Below the pieces are notes generated by a model. It was not told where the DNA came from, searched no databases, and saw only the letters and a program-made list of their open reading frames with translations. From contig JBJEXX010000038.1 in assembly GCA_051886215.1 (NCBI GenBank), positions 341 through 64,340 on the forward strand: a stretch of DNA of 64,000 nt, given 5' to 3'. This document shows, piece by piece, positions 49,601-59,073 of the stretch; position 1 is the first letter of the stretch; each line of letters opens with the position of its first letter. Origin of the DNA: Bacilli bacterium. Lineage in GTDB: Bacteria; Bacillota_I; Bacilli_A; RF39; UBA660. A program made the position numbers and the translations under genes.

Positions 49601-49629
49601 ATATTACTATAGAATATGTATTTAATCAA
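49601..49629 (-). promoter_or_regulatory. candidate sigma-A promoter for the SRP RNA gene
   Basis: TTGATT, 17-bp spacer, TAATAT on the minus strand. The predicted +1 falls at the G of the GACGCA terminal helix (49593). Confidence 0.6.
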
Positions 49630-49639
49630 GATTTTTTTA

Positions 49640-49655
49640 TGTTTCACGTGAAACA
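49640..49655. promoter_or_regulatory. parS site 1 (ParB/Spo0J centromere-like site)
   Basis: TGTTTCACGTGAAACA is a perfect palindromic parS consensus. The symmetry extends to 18 bp (49639-49656). It lies 10 bp upstream of the ffs -35. Confidence 0.88.
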
Positions 49656-49682
49656 TTGATTAATTTTTATTATTGTCTACTA

Positions 49683-49698
49683 CGTTTCACGTGAAACA
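49683..49698. promoter_or_regulatory. parS site 2
   Basis: CGTTTCACGTGAAACA matches the parS consensus at 15/16 positions, differing only at the outermost base. Confidence 0.85.
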
Positions 49699-49710
49699 TA
49701 ATAGAAATAT

Positions 49711-49744
49711 CAAATAAAAATGAATGTTTCACGTGAAACATTCA
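49711..49744 (-). terminator. intrinsic terminator of gyrA formed by parS site 3
   Basis: Minus-sense UGAAUGUUUCACGUGAAACAUUCA (24-nt palindrome, 49721-49744) starts immediately after the gyrA TAA stop. It is followed by UUUUUAUUUG. Confidence 0.7.
49725..49740. promoter_or_regulatory. parS site 3
   Basis: TGTTTCACGTGAAACA is a perfect consensus, embedded in the 24-bp palindrome TGAATGTTTCACGTGAAACATTCA. Confidence 0.88.
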
Positions 49745-52186
49745 TTATTCTATAGGTGTTTCTTCTTCTGTTTCTATAACTTTAACTTTTGTTACAGAAG
49801 AAACCATTTGATTATCTTTCAAATTTATTAATCTTACACCTTGTGTAGCCCTTTTTAATGTAGATACCTGTTGTAAACTAATTCTTATAATAATACCACT
49901 ATTAGTTATAATCATAATATCATCATTATCATCAACACATTGTAATGTAACCATTTTTCCATTTTTATCGGTAATATTTAGGGCTTTTACACCTTTACTT
50001 CCTCTATGTGTTAATCTAAATTCATTAATTTCTGTCTTTTTACCATAACCTTTTTCAGTTACAATTAAAACTTTAGCATTTTCATTACTAACAACTTCCA
50101 TTCCAACAACATTATCTGTATTAATATTAAAGTCGATTCCTTTTACACCAGAAGCTGTTCTACCCATATTTCTTATTTCTGTTTCATTAAACCTAACCAT
50201 TCTACCATTAGTAGCACCTATTATAATCTCATCAGATCCACTTGAAGCCTTAACAGAAATTAGTTCATCATCTTCTCTCAAGGTAATTGCAATTTTACCA
50301 CTTGTTCTAATATTATCAAATTCCGCTATAGAAGTTCTCTTTACTACACCTTTTTTAGTACAGAATACAAAATAATTTTTATTATCATCTTTTGATCCAG
50401 TAATAACAGTAGTTATTTTTTCATCTTTATCTAAAGACAATAAATTAACAATAGGTAAACCTTTAGATTGTCTACTATATTCAGGTACCTTATAACCCTT
50501 AATTCTATAAACTCTACCTTTATTACTAAAGAAGTATGCAAAATCATGAGTTTTCATAGATATTAAATGTTCTACATAATCTTCTTCATTTGTAGACATT
50601 CCTTTAATACCAACACCACCACGATTTTGAGATTTAAATGTATTCTCCACAACTCTCTTAATGTAACCATTATGTGTTAATGTTAAAATAACATTTTCAA
50701 CAGGTATTAAAGACTCATCTTCTATATATTCAATAGCCGTCATATCAATATTTGTTCGACGTTCATCACCGAACTTTTGTTTTATTTCTAATAATTCTTT
50801 TTTAATTACTGCTAAAACATTTGCGTCACTTGATAAGATAGTCTTTAATTCATCAATTAATTTAAGCAATTCATCAAGTTCATTTTCTATTTTTTCTCTT
50901 TCTAATCCAGTTAAGCGACGTAATCTCATTTCTAAAATTGCGTTTGCTTGGGCTTCTGATAATTTAAAATTATTCATTAAACCACTTCTGGCTTCGTCAT
51001 CTGATTTAGAACCACGAATTAATTTAATAACAGCGTCAATATTATCTAAAGCAATCTTTAATCCTTCTAATATGTGTACTCTTTTTTCAGCAACATCTAA
51101 ATCAAACTTAGTTCTTCTTATTATAACTTCTTTTTGATAATCGATATATTTTACGATTATATCTTTTAAACATAACGTTTTTGGAACACCTTGATCTAAC
51201 ATTAAAAATATTATTCCATAACTAGTTTGTAAAGAAGTATGTTTATATAACTTATTAAGAACAACTTGAGCATTTGCATCTTTTTTTAGAGTGATAGTAA
51301 TTTTAATACCATCTTTCAAATCAGAATGATAATCTGCAATACCCTCAATCGTCTTATTATGAACAAGTTCGGCAACTTTATTTTTTAATTCCAATGTATT
51401 TACACCATATGGAACTTCATCAATTATTATATATTGTCTACCATTTTTTTCCTCTATAGAAGCTTTACTTCTAATAGTAATAGAACCACGACCAGTCTCA
51501 TAAGCCTTTCTAATTCCACTATTACCCAATATACTAGCACCTGTTGGAAAATCTGGACCTTTTATATATTCCATTAATCCATCTAAATCAATTTCTGGAT
51601 TATCTATGTATGCAACGCATCCATCAATTACTTCTCCTAAATTATGAGGAGGAATATTAGTAGCCATACCAACCGCTATACCAGTAGTTCCATTTACTAA
51701 AATATTAGGAAAACGTGAAGGTAAAACTTCTGGTTCTTTTTCACTTTCATCAAAATTAGGTGTAAAATCAACTGTATTTTTATTTATATTTCTTAATAAT
51801 TCTAAAGATATTTTTGAAAGACGAGATTCTGTATAACGCATTGCGGCAGCACCATATCCTTCAATATTACCAAAATTACCATGTCCATCAACAAGCATAT
51901 ATCTATAAGAAAAATCTTGTGCCATTCTAACCATAGCTTCATATATACTAGAATCACCATGTGGATGATATTTACCCATTACATCTCCGACAATTCTAGC
52001 ACTTTTTTTATGAGGTTTATCAGGGGTATATCCAGATTCATACATAGAATATAAAATTCTACGATGAACAGGTTTTAATCCATCTCTTAAATCTGGAAGA
52101 GCACGTGCTACTATAACACTCATTGAATATTCCAAAAAGGAATCTTGTACTTCTTTTACTATATTATTTTTTTCTAGTCTATCCAT
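49745..52186 (-). CDS. gyrA: DNA gyrase subunit A
   Basis: 813 aa with the active-site region AAMRYTE, a QRDR-like [13 protein letters not shown] and a C-terminal beta-pinwheel. Confidence 0.98.
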   Translation of the reverse strand: MDRLEKNNIVKEVQDSFLEYSMSVIVARALPDLRDGLKPVHRRILYSMYESGYTPDKPHKKSARIVGDVMGKYHPHGDSSIYEAMVRMAQDFSYRYMLVDGHGNFGNIEGYGAAAMRYTESRLSKISLELLRNINKNTVDFTPNFDESEKEPEVLPSRFPNILVNGTTGIAVGMATNIPPHNLGEVIDGCVAYIDNPEIDLDGLMEYIKGPDFPTGASILGNSGIRKAYETGRGSITIRSKASIEEKNGRQYIIIDEVPYGVNTLELKNKVAELVHNKTIEGIADYHSDLKDGIKITITLKKDANAQVVLNKLYKHTSLQTSYGIIFLMLDQGVPKTLCLKDIIVKYIDYQKEVIIRRTKFDLDVAEKRVHILEGLKIALDNIDAVIKLIRGSKSDDEARSGLMNNFKLSEAQANAILEMRLRRLTGLEREKIENELDELLKLIDELKTILSSDANVLAVIKKELLEIKQKFGDERRTNIDMTAIEYIEDESLIPVENVILTLTHNGYIKRVVENTFKSQNRGGVGIKGMSTNEEDYVEHLISMKTHDFAYFFSNKGRVYRIKGYKVPEYSRQSKGLPIVNLLSLDKDEKITTVITGSKDDNKNYFVFCTKKGVVKRTSIAEFDNIRTSGKIAITLREDDELISVKASSGSDEIIIGATNGRMVRFNETEIRNMGRTASGVKGIDFNINTDNVVGMEVVSNENAKVLIVTEKGYGKKTEINEFRLTHRGSKGVKALNITDKNGKMVTLQCVDDNDDIMIITNSGIIIRISLQQVSTLKRATQGVRLINLKDNQMVSSVTKVKVIETEEETPIE

Positions 52187-52197
52187 ACTACACCCTC

Positions 52198-54123
52198 CTA
52201 TACATCTAGATTTTCTACATATGTAGCATTTGTTTCAATAAATTCTCGACGAGGTTCAACTTCCTCACCCATAAGTTTAGAAAAAACTTCATCTGCAGCA
52301 ATTGTATCTTCAACAGTTATTTGTCTTAAAATACGTTTATTAATATCCATAGTTGTCTCATTCAACTCTTCTGCATCCATTTCTCCTAAACCTTTCATAC
52401 GCATAATATCATATTTAGTATTAGGACTTAATGTGGCTAAATATTCATCGCGTTCTTGTTCATTTAAAACATATTTAATAGTTTTACCATGCTTTATAAC
52501 AAATAAAGGTGGTTGTGCAGCATATACATGTCCTGCTTCTACTATAGGTCTAAAGAAACGATAAAATAAAGTTAATAATAAAACTCTAATATGACTACCA
52601 TCAACATCGGCATCGGTCATTATTATTATCTTATGATAACGTAATTTAGATAAATCAAAATCATCACCAATACCAGTTCCAAAAGCAGTTATAATTGTTC
52701 TTATTTCTTCATTTGATAAAGCTCTATCCAATCTTGCTTTTTCCACATTAAGAATCTTTCCACGCAAAGGTAATATAGCTTGTGTCATACTATTTCTACC
52801 TTTAATGGCAGATCCACCTGCCGAATCTCCTTCGACTAAGAATATTTCACTTTCTGAAGCATCTTTACTTTTACAATCAGATAATTTTCCATAAAAATTA
52901 GTTATATCTAAATCACCTTTTCGTCTTGTCAATTCACGAGCTTTCTTAGCGGCAACTCTCGCACGACTAGCAGTCATTGACTTATCAACAATTATCTTAG
53001 CTTCATCTGGATGTTCCATTAAAAATCTTTCAAAAGCTTGTGAAAATATTTTGTCTGCAATACCACGAACTTCACTATTCCCTAATTTTGTTTTTGTTTG
53101 TCCTTCAAATTGTGGATTAGGATGTTTAATAGATATTATCATTGTAAGACCTTCGCGTACATCTTCTCCACTAAGACCATCATCATTTTGTTTTAAAAAT
53201 CCATTACTAGTTGCATATTTATTCAAAATTCTTGTTAAAGCACGTCTTACTCCATCTTCATGAGTACCACCTTCAGGTGTAGTTATATTATTAACAAAAG
53301 AATATATGCTAGAATTATATGTTTCATTATATTGTAGAGCTACTTCAACTTTTATATCCTTATCTTCACCTTCTACGTCAATAATAGTTGGTTGAATAGG
53401 ATTTTTATTTTTATTAAGCATTTCTACATATTCTACTAAACCACCCTCATAGTGAAAAGAATCTTTCTTATCGGCAACTCTATCATCATATAAAGAAATT
53501 CTTAGACCTTTATTTAAAAAAGCAAGTTCTTTTAATCTAGTTTTTAAAATATCATAGTCATAAACAGTTGTTTCTGTAAATATTGCATCATCTGGTAAAA
53601 AAGTAACTGTTGTTCCTGTTCTATTAGAATCACATTTATCAATAATTTTAAGTGGTTCTTCAGGATGTCCTCCCCTACTATATCTTTGATAATAAACATT
53701 ACCATTTTTATATACTTTAACCTCTAACCAATCACTTAAAGCATTTACAACACTGGCACCAACTCCATGGAGACCACCACTAACTTTATAGCCACCACCA
53801 CCAAATTTACCACCAGCATGCAATACTGTATAAACTGTTTCAACAGTACTTTTACCTGTTTTTGGATGAATATCAACAGGAATTCCTCTACCATCATCTT
53901 TTACTGTTATACTATTATCTTTGCCAACTGTTACTTCAATGTGTTTACAATATCCTGCTAAAGCTTCATCTATTGCATTATCTACTATTTCCCAAACTAA
54001 GTGATGTAATCCTCTCGAACTAGTAGAACCAATATACATTCCTGGTCTTTTTCTTACTGCTTCTAATCCTTCTAATACTTGAATTGAAGAAGAATCATAT
54101 GTATTATTTTCTTGTTTCATCAT
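52198..54123 (-). CDS. gyrB: DNA gyrase subunit B
   Basis: 641 aa with a GHKL ATPase ([15 protein letters not shown]), a Toprim (EGDSAGG) and [10 protein letters not shown]. Confidence 0.98.
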   Translation of the reverse strand: MMKQENNTYDSSSIQVLEGLEAVRKRPGMYIGSTSSRGLHHLVWEIVDNAIDEALAGYCKHIEVTVGKDNSITVKDDGRGIPVDIHPKTGKSTVETVYTVLHAGGKFGGGGYKVSGGLHGVGASVVNALSDWLEVKVYKNGNVYYQRYSRGGHPEEPLKIIDKCDSNRTGTTVTFLPDDAIFTETTVYDYDILKTRLKELAFLNKGLRISLYDDRVADKKDSFHYEGGLVEYVEMLNKNKNPIQPTIIDVEGEDKDIKVEVALQYNETYNSSIYSFVNNITTPEGGTHEDGVRRALTRILNKYATSNGFLKQNDDGLSGEDVREGLTMIISIKHPNPQFEGQTKTKLGNSEVRGIADKIFSQAFERFLMEHPDEAKIIVDKSMTASRARVAAKKARELTRRKGDLDITNFYGKLSDCKSKDASESEIFLVEGDSAGGSAIKGRNSMTQAILPLRGKILNVEKARLDRALSNEEIRTIITAFGTGIGDDFDLSKLRYHKIIIMTDADVDGSHIRVLLLTLFYRFFRPIVEAGHVYAAQPPLFVIKHGKTIKYVLNEQERDEYLATLSPNTKYDIMRMKGLGEMDAEELNETTMDINKRILRQITVEDTIAADEVFSKLMGEEVEPRREFIETNATYVENLDV

Positions 54124-54125
54124 TT

Positions 54126-55235
54126 CTACCTCTCTTCTATATTTCCATTTTTTACATAATATATTTTTGATTTATTCAACAAACTTTTATTAATACCCCT
54201 AATATTAGTTGTAGTTATAATTGTTTGTATATCATTACTTATAAATTTTACCAATTTATTTCTTTTACTTTTATCAATCTCACTAAATATATCATCTAAT
54301 AACAATACTGGATGAATATTTTTTTCTTCTTTAAATAAATATATTTCCGCTATTTTAAAACAAATAACAGCCAATCTTTGTTGTCCTTGGGATCCAAAAG
54401 TTTTTAAGGTCATATCATCGATATAAAAAGAAAATTCATCTCTATGAGGTCCATATAAAGTCATACCTTGCAATTTTTCTTTATAAAAACTTTTTTTCAA
54501 TTTATCTTTATATATTTGTTCTATATTTTCATAAGAAAAGTCAGTAAATTCAAATTGATTTTCATATTTTATATTTAGACCTTTAACTCCTGTTATTTCA
54601 TAATAAATAGAACCTAAATATTTATTTATATTATTTATAAATTCATTACGTTTTTGATATATATATATACCTTTTTCTATAAGTTTATCTGTTAATATAT
54701 CAAAATATCTCTCATCAATATATCCATTAGAATATAAAAGTTTTAAAAATTCATTTCTATTTTTCAACAATTTATTATATTCATTATATATATTAATATA
54801 ATTATCCGATAATTGACTTATTTCAATATTCAATAAATTTCTTCTTATAGAAGGAGACCCCTTTATAATTTCTAAATCATCAGGTGTAAAAAGTATTACA
54901 TTTAAATTAGATATATAATTTGATATTTTTTTTATATGAGTTTTATTAACAAATACTTTTTTTTCATTTTTATTAATAAAAATTTCTAATTCGTTATTAA
55001 AATCATCATTATTTACAATACCAATTATTCTAGTAAATTCCTCATTAAATTTGATTAAATTTAATGAGGAAGAAGTTCTTGGTGATTTTGTTAAAGCTAA
55101 TACATAAATAGATTCTAAAATATTAGTTTTTCCTTGAGCATTACTTCCTACAAATATATTTATCCCTTTATTTAATTTAATATCGATTTTTTTATAATTT
55201 CTAAAATTCAATAGTTTAATTTTTTTAATTATCAC
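54126..55235 (-). CDS. recF: DNA replication and repair protein RecF
   Basis: 369 aa with a GTG start, LLNFRNY, Walker [10 protein letters not shown], the signature GSQGQQR and Walker B LLLDDI. Confidence 0.95.
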   Translation of the reverse strand: MIIKKIKLLNFRNYKKIDIKLNKGINIFVGSNAQGKTNILESIYVLALTKSPRTSSSLNLIKFNEEFTRIIGIVNNDDFNNELEIFINKNEKKVFVNKTHIKKISNYISNLNVILFTPDDLEIIKGSPSIRRNLLNIEISQLSDNYINIYNEYNKLLKNRNEFLKLLYSNGYIDERYFDILTDKLIEKGIYIYQKRNEFINNINKYLGSIYYEITGVKGLNIKYENQFEFTDFSYENIEQIYKDKLKKSFYKEKLQGMTLYGPHRDEFSFYIDDMTLKTFGSQGQQRLAVICFKIAEIYLFKEEKNIHPVLLLDDIFSEIDKSKRNKLVKFISNDIQTIITTTNIRGINKSLLNKSKIYYVKNGNIEER

Positions 55236-55321
55236 GTTTTTAGTTCATAAACACTCATATAATCACCTTTTATATATTTTTAATACTCCTATACACACAC
55301 AATAATATTATACCATAAATC

Positions 55322-55359
55322 AAATAAAAAAGGTCAAAAATTTAACATTTTTGCCTTTT
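55322..55359 (-). terminator. intrinsic terminator after the comK-like gene
   Basis: Minus-sense AAAGGCAAAAAU-GUUAA-AUUUUUGACCUUU hairpin (one bulge) containing the stop codon, followed by UUUAUUUG. Confidence 0.7.
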
Positions 55360-55788
55360 TCTTAATAGGGATTCTAGTCTAGTCGCACGAAATATTTGAT
55401 TTTCAATTATTCTAAATGAAGAAGGGACTACTATTTTCTTATTATTTGAAAAATATATTATTGTTTTTAGGGATTTTTTTTCTATTTTTTCTATATTATT
55501 TAGTGATAACCATATACAAGAATCGAGGAAGGGTGATTCGGTTGGGAAAAAAATTAATGATTTACTTTCTTCAATTACTATAGGTAGTTTATAACTAGCT
55601 CCTAAAATATGTTTGCTACCTAATCTTCTACCTTCGTATGTACTCCCATAATACATACAACTATTATCCATTATTTCTGTGCAACTACCATTATATTCAA
55701 AAGTTGATTCTTTTTCATATACCATAACACTATTTTCATTTATTGGAACTAATGCTAAAGTATCTTCTGTAATTTCGTAAGTGTCCAT
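55342..55788 (-). CDS. comK: ComK-family transcription factor
   Basis: 148 aa. Aligns by eye along the ComK core of B. subtilis (YEI...TLALVP, SC.YYGSTYEGRR, YKLPIVIEES, LIFFPTESP, W.S, ENQIFRA). GGGGGA Shine-Dalgarno. Confidence 0.78.
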   Translation of the reverse strand: MDTYEITEDTLALVPINENSVMVYEKESTFEYNGSCTEIMDNSCMYYGSTYEGRRLGSKHILGASYKLPIVIEESKSLIFFPTESPFLDSCIWLSLNNIEKIEKKSLKTIIYFSNNKKIVVPSSFRIIENQIFRATRLESLLRKRQKC

Positions 55789-55908
55789 ATATTCCCCCTA
55801 TACTTACAATTTCATGTAAGTACCCATACTATATCACTTCTATATGTCACATTATGTCGTTTTATATACATAAAATTAAAAAATATAAAAATTTTTAGTT
55901 TTTATATT

Positions 55909-57033
55909 TTAATAAGTCCTAATAGGTAAAACTAACTCGGTTAAAGTCTTATCTTCTTCAGAATTTAAAATTATAGGTTTAACTTCTCCAAAAAAGTTAA
56001 TATCAACATTTTCTGTGGAAAAAGCTTTTAAAGCATCCATCATATATTTAGAACTAAATGAAATTTTAATAGTTTCATTGACATCATTATTAATATTTAA
56101 TTTTTCCTCCACTCTACCTATTTCAGCAACAGTAGATCTTAATGTTAATTTATTTTGTTCTATTTCTAAAGTTATAATATTCTTTTCTTTATCATTTGCT
56201 AATATACTAGCACGATCTATAGAATTATAAAATTCACTTATATTTAATTTTATAGTAAGTATTGGATCTGTAGGTATCAAATTTGAAGTATTTGGATAAC
56301 TACCATTAATTAATCTAGATTGAAAAATACAATTATCTGTTTTAAAAATTACTTTATTATTAAATATATATAAATTAATTTTATCATCTTCATCAATAAT
56401 TTTAGAAAAATCAATAATATTTTTACTAGGAATAATAATATTAAAATTATCATCTATATTATCATTGTTTACTTCTACAAATTTTCTAGATAATCTGTAA
56501 GAATCTGTTGAATTACACTCTATTATATTACCAACAAGTTTTAAATTAATACCTGTTAAAGTTGGTTTAGATTCATCATTGCTAGTTGCAAAACAAGTTT
56601 GATTAACTATATTAAATATATCTATTCCCTCCAAAGAAACAAAGTTATTATTAATATTTAAATCTATATCAGGATATTCATTAGAATTAATTCCATTTAA
56701 ATTAAATTCACTATTATCTGTATATATTAATATTTTTAAAGAATCAATAACTTCAATATTTATATATTCATCAGGAAGTTTTCTAACAATATCTAATATA
56801 TATCTTCCTTGTATTACTATACTACCCTCTTTTTCGATAATTAAATCTTTATTATTTGATTTTAAAGTTGTTTGTATACTTATATCATTATCACTGGCAG
56901 TTAATACTAAACTATCTTTAAATAATTCAAATTTAATTCCTGCTAAAACGGGAATTATATTTTTACTGGATAAAGCTTTAGAAACCTTATTAAGTTCTTC
57001 TAACAATAAATTCTTTTTAATTTTTAATTTCAT
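55909..57033 (-). CDS. dnaN: DNA polymerase III subunit beta (sliding clamp)
   Basis: 374 aa with typical three-domain beta-clamp sequence. Downstream of dnaA. Confidence 0.97.
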   Translation of the reverse strand: MKLKIKKNLLLEELNKVSKALSSKNIIPVLAGIKFELFKDSLVLTASDNDISIQTTLKSNNKDLIIEKEGSIVIQGRYILDIVRKLPDEYINIEVIDSLKILIYTDNSEFNLNGINSNEYPDIDLNINNNFVSLEGIDIFNIVNQTCFATSNDESKPTLTGINLKLVGNIIECNSTDSYRLSRKFVEVNNDNIDDNFNIIIPSKNIIDFSKIIDEDDKINLYIFNNKVIFKTDNCIFQSRLINGSYPNTSNLIPTDPILTIKLNISEFYNSIDRASILANDKEKNIITLEIEQNKLTLRSTVAEIGRVEEKLNINNDVNETIKISFSSKYMMDALKAFSTENVDINFFGEVKPIILNSEEDKTLTELVLPIRTY

Positions 57034-57156
57034 ATTTATTCCTTCTTTCTTATATATTTATTTATTATATTGCTGTGGAAATTGTTTAAAACTTATTTTT
57101 ATCTTATATTATAAGACTTTTATAAAGTTTTCTCTGTTTATAACATGTTTAAAATT
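57034..57156. other. oriC, dnaA-dnaN intergenic part (DnaA boxes plus AT-rich stretch)
   Basis: DnaA-box-like 9-mers are TGTGGAAAT (57074-57082), TGTTTATAA (57135-57143) and TTTTCCACA (57163-57171, in the dnaA 3-prime end). An AT-only tract lies at 57050-57070. The bipartite arrangement matches Firmicute oriC. Confidence 0.65.
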
Positions 57157-58548
57157 TTATTTTTTTCCACAGTAAGTAATTTCATTTGTTAATGTTTCAA
57201 TAATTTCTTTCAATTCTTTATTAACTTTCAGTTCTCTTTCTATTTTATCACAAGAGTGAATTACTGTAGAATGATCTTTTCCTCCAAATTCAATACCTAA
57301 TTTTGGAAAAGATTCATCTGTATATTTTCTACACAAATACATAGCTATTTGTCTAGGAAAAGCTACTTTATAGTTTCTTTTTTTACTTCTAATATCCTCA
57401 ATAGTAATTTGAAAGTATTCTGCTACTATTCTTTGAATTTTATGGACATTGTCTTTTTCATATGTTCCTTTACTAACATAATCCTTTAAAGCATCCATTG
57501 CTAGATCTAATGATATTTTTGAACCCCCCATAATTGAAGAATATGCTAATAATCTAGTAATGGAACCTTCTAATTGTCTAACATCACTACCCATATTCGC
57601 AGAAATATATTCAATAACCTCTTCAGGAATATCTTTTTCAATATTACCTGCAATAATTTTTTTTCTAAGTATTTCTTTTCTTAATTCAATATCAGGTGGA
57701 TATATATCAACAGTTAATCCCCAACAAAATCTTGTTCTTAAACGATCTTCTAATAATTTTAAATCATCGGGAGATCTATCTGAAGATATAATAATTTGTT
57801 TATTATCATTATATAATGAATTAAAAGTGTGAAAAAATTCTTGTTGAGTTTGAGTTGCGCCTCCTAAAAATTGTATATCGTCAATAATCAGAACATCTAC
57901 ATTACGATATTTATTTTTAAAAAAGTCAACATAATCAAAATTTGTTCCATTACTGTCTTTTTTATTTAGACCTATGAAGTCTTGAATAAATTGATCACTA
58001 GTAACATATAGAACTTTTTTATTTGAATTTCTTACTATATAATTTCCTATCGCATGCATCAAATGTGTTTTTCCTAGACCACTATTACCGTAAATAAATA
58101 AAGGATTATACATTTTCCCTGGATTTTCTGCAACAGAAACAGCGGCGGCATGTGCAAATTTATTACTATTCCCTACTACAAATGTCTCAAAGTTATAATT
58201 TGCAATTAAATTAGAGTCAAAATTATTATCAACACTATTACATTTATTGTTAATATCATTTTCTACAAAATTATTAGTAGAAGACTTATTTTTTATATCT
58301 TCTTCCAACTCTTCTTTTAAAAAATATTTTATTTCCCTAAAATTTGAATCATATTTTAAAATAATGTTTTCAAGTATATCTTTATAATTTTCTTCTAAAT
58401 GTTTTTTGTGTATAGACATTGGAACAATTACTCTGAATATACCATCTTGTTTATCATATAATAAAGTTTCTTCAAACCAAGTTTGAAAAGATAAAGAAGA
58501 TATATGTTCTTTTAAATCATTTAAAATATTATCCCACATCTTTATCAC
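57157..58548 (-). CDS. dnaA: chromosomal replication initiator protein DnaA
   Basis: 463 aa with AAA+ Walker A GNSGLGKTH, IIDDIQFL and the domain IV DNA-binding signature (FGGKDHSTVIHSCDKI). GTG start at 58548, or ATG at 58539. Confidence 0.98.
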   Translation of the reverse strand: MIKMWDNILNDLKEHISSLSFQTWFEETLLYDKQDGIFRVIVPMSIHKKHLEENYKDILENIILKYDSNFREIKYFLKEELEEDIKNKSSTNNFVENDINNKCNSVDNNFDSNLIANYNFETFVVGNSNKFAHAAAVSVAENPGKMYNPLFIYGNSGLGKTHLMHAIGNYIVRNSNKKVLYVTSDQFIQDFIGLNKKDSNGTNFDYVDFFKNKYRNVDVLIIDDIQFLGGATQTQQEFFHTFNSLYNDNKQIIISSDRSPDDLKLLEDRLRTRFCWGLTVDIYPPDIELRKEILRKKIIAGNIEKDIPEEVIEYISANMGSDVRQLEGSITRLLAYSSIMGGSKISLDLAMDALKDYVSKGTYEKDNVHKIQRIVAEYFQITIEDIRSKKRNYKVAFPRQIAMYLCRKYTDESFPKLGIEFGGKDHSTVIHSCDKIERELKVNKELKEIIETLTNEITYCGKK

Positions 58549-58891
58549 TTCCCCACCTGAATTTATAAGATTAATAACAATTTTATTGTAAAATAATTTT
58601 TCTAAAAAATAAAGCTATTTTCTAAAAAATATTGTTATAAACAACTTATTAACAAGGTTATCAACAACTATTTTCTATGAAATATAAGAAAAAAACTAAC
58701 TTATCAACAAATTTGTTTACTTTATATAATAAACAAGGTTAATAAAATTATCAACATAATTGTGAAAAATGTTAATAACTTTTTAAAGTCATAATATATA
58801 TATAAATAAAAATAATGTTTATTAACAATAAGTGTGAATAAATAAAAAAACAAAAAAAGTTATTGTTAATAATTTTTTTTTTGCTAATTTG
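58549..58891. other. oriC, dnaA-upstream DnaA-box cluster
   Basis: TTATCAACA occurs three times (58658-58666, 58701-58709, 58748-58756). TTATTCACA is on the opposite strand (58833-58841). TTATTAACA/TTATAAACA variants lie at 58635, 58646, 58770, 58819 and 58864. An (AT)n/A-rich tract spans 58793-58817. The gene-strand switch occurs here. Confidence 0.8.
58598..58631. repeat. two 14-bp direct repeats TTTTCTAAAAAATA, 20 bp apart, within oriC
   Basis: Identical copies at 58598-58611 and 58618-58631, between the dnaA start and the first DnaA boxes. Confidence 0.7.
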
Positions 58892-58920
58892 TTGACAAAA
58901 TAATATAATTTTATTACAAT
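58892..58920 (+). promoter_or_regulatory. candidate sigma-A promoter for rpmH-rnpA
   Basis: TTGACA, 17-bp spacer, TACAAT, preceded by a T10 tract (58873-58882) in the UP-element position. Confidence 0.6.
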
Positions 58921-58949
58921 AAATGAGATTTATGTCTGGAGGTGGAATT

Positions 58950-59072
58950 ATGAAAAGACCTTATCAACCAAATAATAGAAAAAAATCAAAAAAGATGGGC
59001 TTTTTTGCAAGAATGAAAAATAAAATTGTTGCAAGACGCCGTAGAAAAGGACGCAAAAGGTTATCTAAATAA
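58950..59072 (+). CDS. rpmH: 50S ribosomal protein L34
   Basis: Not in the ORF track because it is too short. Sequence [40 protein letters not shown] (40 aa), with a GGAGGTGG Shine-Dalgarno. Upstream of rnpA. Confidence 0.92.
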   Translation: MKRPYQPNNRKKSKKMGFFARMKNKIVARRRRKGRKRLSK

Positions 59073-59073
59073 T

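Noticed and set aside
55789-55908. ComK K-boxes (AAAA-N5-TTTT pairs) upstream of the comK-like gene for autoregulation.
   Set aside because: The region is so A/T-rich that A4/T4 runs are unavoidable. I could not find a properly phased pair.
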